The position numbers and the translations under genes were made by a program. The notes below the pieces were generated by a model that was given only the letters and a program-made list of their open reading frames with translations, was not told where the DNA came from and made no database searches. From positions 4,686 to 68,685 of the forward strand of contig JBAYZO010000005.1 of assembly GCA_041672465.1 (NCBI GenBank): a stretch of 64,000 bases of DNA, read 5' to 3'. The stretch comes from Eubacteriales bacterium (GTDB lineage: Bacteria; Bacillota; Clostridia; Oscillospirales; CAG-382). Positions 30,886 through 38,159 of the stretch are shown piece after piece (position 1 is the first letter of the stretch; each line of letters starts with the position of its first letter).

Positions 30886-31908
30886 TTAGGTAAACTTAAA
30901 AGTTTTCAGCGTGTTTTCAAATTCAGGGGAATATTCTTCATACTCGCTGTCGTCAGAGGTGAAAAGGATTGAAAAAACATACCCCTCTTTTATACAAATA
31001 ACCTGAATATACCGGTAGGTTTCGCCCGACATTTCAATGGTGTATTCTTTTCGGGACGCGACCACCCCGCCGACGACAGGCTCTTTGTCTTTGAACTCTT
31101 TGGTAAGAGTGTACCCCGGGTAAGCGGAGACAAGCTCTTTTTCATATTCTTCCCAATAGTCGTACACCCCGTAGGAAGCTTTTGCCGAGGGGAGAGAAAA
31201 CGCTTGCACGGAAATTGTGGCAAGGCCGTTCTCAGGTTTGACGGCTATCATTCCGTCGCCGCTTACCTCCGCCCAACCCCGCGAATAGTCAAAATAATAG
31301 TCTTTGTTAAGGCTTGCCGCCCTCCCCCCCGACTGTTTGCTCTCACCCGTGTCGGGGACTATCGGAATAAACTCAAAGGTTTCTATTACTTTTTCAAAAC
31401 AATCGATATAATTTTTAAACCCCTCCGCGCCGCTTGTGAGGAGAATGTTGTAAACAATGTTGTCTTTTATACAAAAAACCTGCGCGTATTTGTACTCCTC
31501 GCCCCCCACCGACGCAGTGTACTCCACCCTTACGGCGCTCACGCCTCCGAGCGTGGGGATGTCTTCGCCGCTATACTCTTTTTTCAGCGAATAGCCCTCA
31601 AAAGTGGTTTTCAAAGACGACTGATACGCCTCCCAATAAGCGTCGGCGTCCGCCGCCTCCGTGAACTCGGAAGTGGCGGTTATCATCGCGTTTGACACGC
31701 CCTTGACGTCCGGCGAGGGCTTGATTGCCAAGGCGTGGTACGCCTTGTTTTCCACCCAGTCGTCGTTATAATAAAACGAAAAACCAAAGGCGTCGCTTTT
31801 GATTTGTTTGTCGCTCCCCGCCCCGTTCCCCGAACAGGAAAAAGCGGAAAATACCATAACAGCCCCAAGCGCCGCTGATAAAAAATGTTTTAGTTTTAAG
31901 TTTTTCAT
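30886..31908 (-). CDS. Lipoprotein with two internally duplicated PsbP/DcrB-like domains (hypothetical)
   Basis: Lipobox AFSCS. The two halves align: EYKYAQVFCIKDNIVYNILLTS...TFEF versus TYRYIQVICIKEGYVFSILFTS...TFKF. Confidence 0.45.
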   Translation of the reverse strand: MKNLKLKHFLSAALGAVMVFSAFSCSGNGAGSDKQIKSDAFGFSFYYNDDWVENKAYHALAIKPSPDVKGVSNAMITATSEFTEAADADAYWEAYQSSLKTTFEGYSLKKEYSGEDIPTLGGVSAVRVEYTASVGGEEYKYAQVFCIKDNIVYNILLTSGAEGFKNYIDCFEKVIETFEFIPIVPDTGESKQSGGRAASLNKDYYFDYSRGWAEVSGDGMIAVKPENGLATISVQAFSLPSAKASYGVYDYWEEYEKELVSAYPGYTLTKEFKDKEPVVGGVVASRKEYTIEMSGETYRYIQVICIKEGYVFSILFTSDDSEYEEYSPEFENTLKTFKFT

Positions 31909-31964
31909 TTGATATTACCTCTTTTACTGTTTACAACTGTGCTTGCCCCGGTATGTTAACCCGG

Positions 31965-32999
31965 TTAAAAACATCTCTCTTTTCTGTTTTTCCTGCATTC
32001 CTCGGTTTTTCCGCAGCGGTAGCATATCTCGTTTTCAAGCGGCAAACCCGCGAAAAACGCGTCTATATTCTCAAACGTCGTCTTTGCTATGTTGTCAAGC
32101 GCCTCTTTGGTCAAAAACGCCTGATGGGAAGTTATAAGCACATTAGGCATCGACAAAAGCCTCGCGAGGATATCGTCCTGCATGATATGCCCCGATTTAT
32201 CCTCAAAGAAAATGTCGGACTCCTCCTCATACACGTCAAGGCAGGCGGCGCCGATCTTTTTTTCTTTAATCCCCTCGAGGAGCGCTTCGGCGTCAATGAG
32301 CTGCCCGCGCGAGGTGTTGACGATTATAACCCCTTTTTTCATGGTTTTTATGGTTTGCCTGTTTATCATATGATAATTTTCACTTGTCAGCGGGCAGTGA
32401 AGGGATATAATATCGCTTTTTTCAAACAGCTCGCCGAGATTTACATATTCCGCCTCTATCCCCTGCGCCGGGAATGGGTCAAACGCAAGCACTTTCATGC
32501 CGAAACCCCGGCAAATATCCACAAACACCCTGCCGATCTTGCCCGTCCCGACCACTCCGACCGTTTTGCCGAACAGGTCAAAACCGGTAAGCCCGTTAAG
32601 GCTGAAATTAAAGTCTTTTGTCCTGTTATACGCCTTGTGTATCCGTCTCACCGAAGTTAAAAGCAGCGCCATGGTGTGTTCGGCGACCGCGTAAGGCGAA
32701 TAAGCGGGGACGCGGACTACATGAATTTTCTCAAACGCCGCCCTTACGTCAACATTATTAAATCCGGCGCAGCGGAGGGCGATTAGCTTTACCCCGTACC
32801 CGTACAGCAAATCAACCGTTTCGGCGTCAATGCTGTCGTTAACGAACGCCACCACAACGTCGCTTCCGGCGGCGAGCCCGGCGGTGTCTTTGGTGAGCCG
32901 GGTGTCAAAATATTTAATGATATGCTTTACGCTGTTTATATGCTTTTCAAACGACTCGCGGTCGTAAGGTTTTGTGTCAAACATGGCTATATTTATCAT
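31965..32999 (-). CDS. ldhA: D-isomer-specific 2-hydroxyacid dehydrogenase (D-lactate dehydrogenase-like)
   Basis: MINIAMFDTKPYDRESF, NAD site GVVGTGKIGR, and the catalytic R/E/H pattern (TSRG...; ITSHQAF). It has an extra Cys-rich C-terminal tail. Confidence 0.75.
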   Translation of the reverse strand: MINIAMFDTKPYDRESFEKHINSVKHIIKYFDTRLTKDTAGLAAGSDVVVAFVNDSIDAETVDLLYGYGVKLIALRCAGFNNVDVRAAFEKIHVVRVPAYSPYAVAEHTMALLLTSVRRIHKAYNRTKDFNFSLNGLTGFDLFGKTVGVVGTGKIGRVFVDICRGFGMKVLAFDPFPAQGIEAEYVNLGELFEKSDIISLHCPLTSENYHMINRQTIKTMKKGVIIVNTSRGQLIDAEALLEGIKEKKIGAACLDVYEEESDIFFEDKSGHIMQDDILARLLSMPNVLITSHQAFLTKEALDNIAKTTFENIDAFFAGLPLENEICYRCGKTEECRKNRKERCF

Positions 33000-33070
33000 T
33001 TTATTACACTTCCTTTCTGTTGATACGAAAATTCTTTGATGATTCTGCTTATAAACTACATAAATTTCGA

Positions 33071-33245
33071 GAACCGCAACCTTTTTGATGGTTTCGCTTT
33101 GCAGTTGCTTATTTCGGGAACCGCAACCTTTTTGATGGTCTCGCTTTGCAGCTGCTTATTCCGAGAACCGCAACCTTTTTGATGGTTTCGCTTTGCAACT
33201 GCTTATTCCGGGAACCGCAACCTTTTTTATGGTTTCGGCTTGCCG
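33071..33245. repeat. 47-bp tandem repeat, about 3.7 copies
   Basis: The unit gaaccgcaacctttttgatggtttcgctttgcagttgcttatttcgg starts at 33071, 33118, 33165 and 33212. Confidence 0.9.
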
Positions 33246-33306
33246 AAATTGCGGTTGTTTAAACCGCAAAATAAAAAAGTTGCCATTGAAAGACTTGTCT
33301 TTCAAT
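33233..33306. repeat. Three-hairpin intergenic element, copy A (H1 33233-33248, H2 33249-33269, H3 palindrome 33285-33306)
   Basis: H1 is tttcgg-cttg-ccgaaa. H2 is ttgcggtt-gttta-aaccgcaa. H3 is attgaaagacttgtctttcaat. It matches the reverse complement of 47854-47965. Confidence 0.85.
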
Positions 33307-33340
33307 ATGTTGTTTAAACCGCAAAATCAAAAAGTTGCCC

Positions 33341-33362
33341 ATTGAAAGATTTATCTTTCAAT
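33341..33362. repeat. 22-bp palindrome H3, second copy
   Basis: attgaaagatttatctttcaat with 10-bp perfect arms. It is part of a ~56-bp duplication of 33256-33311. Confidence 0.9.
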
Positions 33363-33372
33363 GATGTTGCCG

Positions 33373-33394
33373 ATTGAAAGATTTATCTTTCAAT
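33373..33394. repeat. 22-bp palindrome H3, third copy
   Basis: attgaaagatttatctttcaat. Confidence 0.9.
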
Positions 33395-33565
33395 CATATT
33401 ATATATGTTAAAATATCAAAAATCAATATAAAATAGTTAACGCACTCAAAAGCCTTTCCTTTAATTGCGCGAAAAGCCAAAAGAATCCTAACTAACCGTT
33501 GCGTAAATCATACCGATATGTTAATATAACTGCTGATAAGCGTAATGTTTTAAGGAGACAGGGAT

Positions 33566-35224
33566 ATGGAAAATTTTGAAGTTAAAATGCTTTCTTCTCT
33601 CTCGAAAGTTTTCCCCGAGGAAATTTACGACAAGCGTGAGATTTCCGCCGGGACTTCGTTTTGCGGGGAGATATATTCGTTTCAGCTCGCCTATCGGCCG
33701 GGCGGCATTGGGAGAGCGCGGGTCAAAGTCAAAGTGGAGTCAGCGCTTCGCGAACATATCCTTTTGTTTGAGGTCGAAAACGCGCCGTCTCTCCTCCCCG
33801 CTTACCCCGAGAGCCGCGACGGCGATTACCTTAAAACTTCCCCCGGGCTTTACCCCGATATACTAAATCCGCTGCCGGAATCCCCGGCGCTCACCGCGGT
33901 AAACAACGTCTGGAAAAGCCTTTGGGTTATGGTAAACGTCCCTGAAGGTCACCGCGGCGGTGAAATACCCATAACCATAACATTTGAGGACTGCGGGGGA
34001 AATAAATCCGTTTTCTGGACGGGAACCTTTACCCTTGGAGTGATTGGCGCCCCGCTCCCCGAAAACGAGCTTTTTTGCACCGAATGGTTCCACTGCGACT
34101 GCCTTGCCGACTACTACGGCGCGAAAGTGTTCTCGGGAGATCACTGGCGGATTATTGACAATTACCTTAAAAACTATGTCATGTTCGGGATGAACACGCT
34201 CCTCACCCCCGTCTTCACCCCGCCGCTTGACACCGCGGTAGGCGGCAGCCGAACGACGGTTCAGCTTGTTAAAGTTACCCAAAACGGGGGGGATTATTCG
34301 TTTGACTTCACCCTCCTTAAAAAGTTTATTGAAACGGCTAAGCGCCGCGGGATAAAAGCGTTTGAGGTTTCCCATTTGTTTTCCCAATGGGGGGCGGCTT
34401 TCGCGCCGAAAGTCATGGCGTTTGACGAACAAGGCGGGGAAAAACAGCTCTTCGGCTGGGGGACGCCCGCTCTTTCTTTTGAATATAAAGAATTTTTAGG
34501 AGCCTTTCTACCAAAACTAAAACGCTTTTTAAGCGATATCGGCGTTTTTGAGCAGAGCTTTTTCCATATTTCCGACGAGCCGAATAATAAATCTATCGAA
34601 AGCTACTCATCGGCGAAAAAAGTCGTAAGCTCCGCTTTGGGGGGCGGAAAAATTATCGACGCGGTTTCGGAATACCCTTTTTATGAAAAAGGACTTGTCG
34701 ACAATATCGTGGCGGCAAACGACAGAATAGACGAATTTATTGAAAAGGGCGCGAAGAATCTGTGGACATACTACTGCTGCGGGCAGACAAGGCTTGTCAG
34801 CAACCGCTTTATGGCAATGCCGTCGTACCGCAACCGAATTTTGGGCGTTCAGATGTTTCGTCACGACGTCAAGGGTTTTCTCCACTGGGGATATAATTTC
34901 TGGAACAGCATGCTGTCTCTTTTCCCGATAGATCCCTACCGCGTCACCGACGCGGACGGCGCTTTCCCCTCCGGCGACGCGTTTTTGGTTTACCCGGGGA
35001 AAGACAAAACCGCCGTACCCTCGATAAGGCAGGTAGTTTTTAACGAGGCGCTTCAGGATTACAGAGCGTTGTCCCTCTACCGCGCCCTGTACGGCGGGGA
35101 GGCGGCCGAGCGGAAAGTCGATACGCTCTTCGGTAACCTTTCTTTTAAAGAATACCCAAAAACCCCGGAGAATTTGATTTTGGGGAGAGAGAGCCTAAAC
35201 CGCGATATCGCTTCCCGTTTATAA
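33566..35224 (+). CDS. DUF4091-domain protein (GH123-like putative glycoside hydrolase)
   Basis: SLSKVFPEE..., TEWFHCDCLADYY, QLVKV, SHLFSQWGAAFAPK, FHISDEP and GFLHWGYNFW match the DUF4091 pattern as recalled. Confidence 0.6.
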   Translation: MENFEVKMLSSLSKVFPEEIYDKREISAGTSFCGEIYSFQLAYRPGGIGRARVKVKVESALREHILLFEVENAPSLLPAYPESRDGDYLKTSPGLYPDILNPLPESPALTAVNNVWKSLWVMVNVPEGHRGGEIPITITFEDCGGNKSVFWTGTFTLGVIGAPLPENELFCTEWFHCDCLADYYGAKVFSGDHWRIIDNYLKNYVMFGMNTLLTPVFTPPLDTAVGGSRTTVQLVKVTQNGGDYSFDFTLLKKFIETAKRRGIKAFEVSHLFSQWGAAFAPKVMAFDEQGGEKQLFGWGTPALSFEYKEFLGAFLPKLKRFLSDIGVFEQSFFHISDEPNNKSIESYSSAKKVVSSALGGGKIIDAVSEYPFYEKGLVDNIVAANDRIDEFIEKGAKNLWTYYCCGQTRLVSNRFMAMPSYRNRILGVQMFRHDVKGFLHWGYNFWNSMLSLFPIDPYRVTDADGAFPSGDAFLVYPGKDKTAVPSIRQVVFNEALQDYRALSLYRALYGGEAAERKVDTLFGNLSFKEYPKTPENLILGRESLNRDIASRL

Positions 35225-35276
35225 ATTGTTACAAAAAGTGTCCAAATCAAAACGCTTTTATTTGATCTTTTTTGTG

Positions 35277-35305
35277 TTGAATTGTTTTTATTCCTATGTT
35301 ATAAT
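35277..35305 (+). promoter_or_regulatory. Sigma-A-type promoter for the DUF1538 operon
   Basis: TTGAAT, 17 nt, TGt-TATAAT. Confidence 0.5.
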
Positions 35306-35384
35306 CATTACGTTAATTAAAAAGCTTTTGATAAACGCTTAATGTTTCGGCAAATAATTATAATATATAAATAACGCTTTATAT

Positions 35385-36983
35385 ATGAACGGAGGAACCC
35401 AAATAAAAAAAGACGCGCTTTATAAAAACCGCACGGCACTGACGGCAAAGATAAAAGAAGGGTTTCTCTCAGTTATTCCGATAGTTATTATCGTGATGGT
35501 GTTTTCCCTAACCGTTGTGCCGTTGTCGTCCGATCTTATACTTTCGTTTTTAATCGGGGCAGGGCTTGTTATTTTAGGAATGGGGCTTTTTTCGCTTGGA
35601 GCGGAAGTCGCCATGACCCCCATAGGAAACCGGATAGGCACTTTTCTAACCAAATCAAAAAGCATAATACTAATTCTCGTGGTGTCGTTCGGGTTGGGGT
35701 TCGCCGTTACTTTAGCCGAGCCCGACCTTCAGGTGCTGGCCGCCACCACTCCGCATATAGACTTTACCGTGCTGCTCTTGACGGTTGGCGCGGGGGTGGG
35801 AATTTTTCTTGTAATAAGCATGCTGAGGATAATTACCGGTATCAGGCTCCGCTGGGTGTTATTAGTCTTTTACGCCGTTATTTTTATCCTCGCCGCGTTT
35901 ACCGAAAAAAACTTCCTCGGCGTGGGTTTTGACTCGGGCGGGGTCACCACGGGGCCTATGACGGTACCTTTTATCCTCGCGCTGGGGGTGGGCGTTTCCA
36001 CTATCCGAAGCGACAGCAGGGCGGAATCCGACAGTTTCGGACTTATCGCCCTATGCTCGATCGGCCCGATAATCGCCGTTCTTTTACTCGGTATGTTTTA
36101 TAAAAACGGCGCCGTCGCCGGCGGCGACGCGCTGAAATCTTGGGAACACACGGTTGCGATAGGAAGCTCGTATATTAAAGCCATTCCCACATATATCGCC
36201 GAAACCTCGCTCGCGCTTTCGCCTATCGCGGTGATTTTTGTGCTGTTCCAGCTCTTCGCGCTAAAACTCCCGAAACGCTCGTTTTTAAAAATAACCCTTG
36301 GGGTTTTATACACTTTTGTGGGTCTGGTTTTGTTTTTAACCGGAGTTCATGTCGGGTTTGCCTCGCTCGGCGAGGTGCTGGGAAAAAGCGTCGCGGAGGG
36401 AGGAAAAGTTTTACTTTTTATTTTAGCTCTTCTGTTAGGCTGGTTTATCGTGGCGGCCGAACCCGCCGTGGTGGTTTTGGAAAAGCAAATAGAAGACGTC
36501 AGCAGCGGCGCGATACCCGGAAAAGCCGTCAAGCTCAGCCTTTCGGTGGCGATAGCGGCTGCCATGGGGTTGTCGGTGCTGAGGGTTTTGCTCGGCATTT
36601 CAATTTTATGGTTTTTGGTTCCCGGCTACACAATCGCGCTTATTTTAGCTTTTTTCGTTCCCGACGTTTATACCGCCATTGCCTTTGACTCGGGCGGGGT
36701 GGCGTCCGGCCCCATGACCGCCACTTTTATGCTTAGATTTATAATAGGCGTAACCCAAGCGGCGGGCGGCAATATTCTGCAAGACGCTTTCGGCATGGTA
36801 GCAATGGTGGCTATGACCCCGCTTATCTCGGTTCAGGTGATGGGGTTGATTTACGGCAGAGTTAAAAAGAAAGCTAAAGTCCCCGCGATTAAAGAACCCG
36901 AACTTGATCAAAATGTTATCGAACTTTGGATCGAAAATAAAAGTGACATTGACAGAAACAGTGATGATGAAAGGGACGGCTAA
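35385..36983 (+). CDS. Polytopic membrane protein with two DUF1538 domains (putative transporter)
   Basis: Duplicated FDSGGVTTGPMTVPF and FDSGGVASGPMTATF signatures, and more than 10 TM helices. Confidence 0.7.
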   Translation: MNGGTQIKKDALYKNRTALTAKIKEGFLSVIPIVIIVMVFSLTVVPLSSDLILSFLIGAGLVILGMGLFSLGAEVAMTPIGNRIGTFLTKSKSIILILVVSFGLGFAVTLAEPDLQVLAATTPHIDFTVLLLTVGAGVGIFLVISMLRIITGIRLRWVLLVFYAVIFILAAFTEKNFLGVGFDSGGVTTGPMTVPFILALGVGVSTIRSDSRAESDSFGLIALCSIGPIIAVLLLGMFYKNGAVAGGDALKSWEHTVAIGSSYIKAIPTYIAETSLALSPIAVIFVLFQLFALKLPKRSFLKITLGVLYTFVGLVLFLTGVHVGFASLGEVLGKSVAEGGKVLLFILALLLGWFIVAAEPAVVVLEKQIEDVSSGAIPGKAVKLSLSVAIAAAMGLSVLRVLLGISILWFLVPGYTIALILAFFVPDVYTAIAFDSGGVASGPMTATFMLRFIIGVTQAAGGNILQDAFGMVAMVAMTPLISVQVMGLIYGRVKKKAKVPAIKEPELDQNVIELWIENKSDIDRNSDDERDG

Positions 36984-36986
36984 GGC

Positions 36987-37640
36987 ATGAACTATATAAT
37001 ATCCATAACCAACCCTAACGCTCTGAACAGGCTTTTGGGGATATGCGATGAACTCGGTCTTTCTCCCCCTGTTATAATGTACGGTTGCGGCACCGCGGCA
37101 AAAAGCGTGCTTGACCTTTTGGGGATAGACTCAAAAGAGCGAAGAGTGGTGTTTACGGCGGCGGACGACGCCAAAACCCGGGAATTTCTGTACGAGCAAA
37201 GAAAAAGACTTTATTTAGACGCGCCGGGGAACGGCGTCGCGATGTCAATACCCATAAAAAGCGTTGGAGGTGAACTTGCGTTGTCATATTTAGGCGGGGA
37301 CGGTGAACTAAAGGGAGCGCCCGAGCTCAAGCCCGGGTACGAACTGATTTTATCCATTATTAACGAGGGTCATTCTGAAACGGTGCTTGACGCGGCAAGA
37401 TCGGCGGGAGCGAGGGGCGGCACAATCCTCCACGGCAGGGGGACGGGATCTAAAAGCGCGGAAAAGTTTTTTAAGGTCACTATCGCCCAAGAAAAAGAAG
37501 TTATTTTCATAGTCTCAAAGTCGGACCAAAAATCCGCGATAATGTCGGCCATTTTAAAGTCGGCCGGGCCTAACACCGACGCGGGCGCCATTGTGTTTTC
37601 CCTGCCGGTAAACGATATCGCGGGGTTTGGGCTTATTTAA
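36987..37640 (+). CDS. Tandem P-II-like signal-transduction protein
   Basis: Two ~100-aa halves. The second (YELILSIINEGHSETVLDAARSAGARGGTILHGRGTG...) resembles the P-II family. The start lies 4 nt after the DUF1538 stop. Confidence 0.6.
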   Translation: MNYIISITNPNALNRLLGICDELGLSPPVIMYGCGTAAKSVLDLLGIDSKERRVVFTAADDAKTREFLYEQRKRLYLDAPGNGVAMSIPIKSVGGELALSYLGGDGELKGAPELKPGYELILSIINEGHSETVLDAARSAGARGGTILHGRGTGSKSAEKFFKVTIAQEKEVIFIVSKSDQKSAIMSAILKSAGPNTDAGAIVFSLPVNDIAGFGLI

Positions 37641-37660
37641 CCGTCAAATAAAACATTTTT

Positions 37661-38083
37661 GTGGGAGTTATGGATAAAAAACCAAACGAATTTATTCGGT
37701 TTATTAAGTTCGGCTTGTTTTCGGCCTCGGCGGGGTTGGTTGAAACAGCCTTGTTTTATCTGTTGGGGCTGTTCCCCGGCATAAATTACTGGCTTTGTTA
37801 TATGCCGGCTCTTATTGTCTCGGTGATTTGGAACTTTACCCTCAACAGGCGGTTTACCTTTAACAGTTCGTCAAACGTACCCCGCGCGATGTTTAAAACT
37901 TTCGCTTTTTACGCCGTGTTTATTCCTGTCTCCACGGTTTTGGGCGAAAAACTTGCCGCGGCGTACAAAGCCTATCCCGCGGCGGACGATATTATCTTCT
38001 TTACCACCCTCATTATAAACTTTGTGTTGGAATTCCTTTATCAAAGGCTTTATGTGTTCAGAGGGCAAACGGATAACAGATAA
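37661..38083 (+). CDS. GtrA-family membrane protein
   Basis: 4 TM helices and the WNFTLNRRFTF motif. Confidence 0.65.
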   Translation: MGVMDKKPNEFIRFIKFGLFSASAGLVETALFYLLGLFPGINYWLCYMPALIVSVIWNFTLNRRFTFNSSSNVPRAMFKTFAFYAVFIPVSTVLGEKLAAAYKAYPAADDIIFFTTLIINFVLEFLYQRLYVFRGQTDNR

Positions 38084-38117
38084 AGATAAAAGATAAGAGA
38101 TAAGAGATAAGAGAAAT
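38079..38117. repeat. Homopurine (GATAAGA)n tract
   Basis: gataacagataaagataaaagataagagataagagataagagaaatgg. It shares AAGATAAGAGATAAGAGA with 50554-50597. Confidence 0.85.
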
Positions 38118-38159
38118 GGAAAAAGTCGGCAGATTTATTGTAACAAAGGAGGTGCGCAA

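Noticed and set aside
30100-30900. Integrated mobile element or att duplication at tRNA-Val.
   Set aside because: The direct repeats do not include any tRNA 3' sequence. No integrase, excisionase or phage gene lies nearby, and the repeats enclose only an 89-bp spacer.
30175-33245. CRISPR arrays, considering the ATGAAG word array and the 47-bp tandem repeats.
   Set aside because: The 47-mers are contiguous with no unique spacers. The ATGAAG words are only 7 nt long and occur in both orientations. No cas genes are present in the window.
33233-33248. Spo0A-box-like TGNCGAA inside hairpin H1 (TGCCGAA here; TGTCGAA on the minus strand at 47941-47956).
   Set aside because: A 7-mer with one free position is expected by chance many times in 64 kb. 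Its recurrence here only reflects copies of the same repeat.
33285-33394. The 22-bp palindromes as Rex (redox repressor) operators, since they precede an ldh-type gene.
   Set aside because: The Rex boxes I recall are TTGTGAA-N4-TTCACAA or TTGTTAA-N4-TTAACAA (18 bp). Here the half-site is TTGAAAG with a 6-nt centre. The same palindrome also occurs at ffh and rimM, which are not redox genes. It is kept only as something a motif scan could exclude.
29973-33565. oriC or a DnaA-box cluster in the repeat-rich intergenic regions.
   Set aside because: No TTATCCACA/TGTGGATAA-like boxes were seen, and no dnaA or dnaN genes are present.
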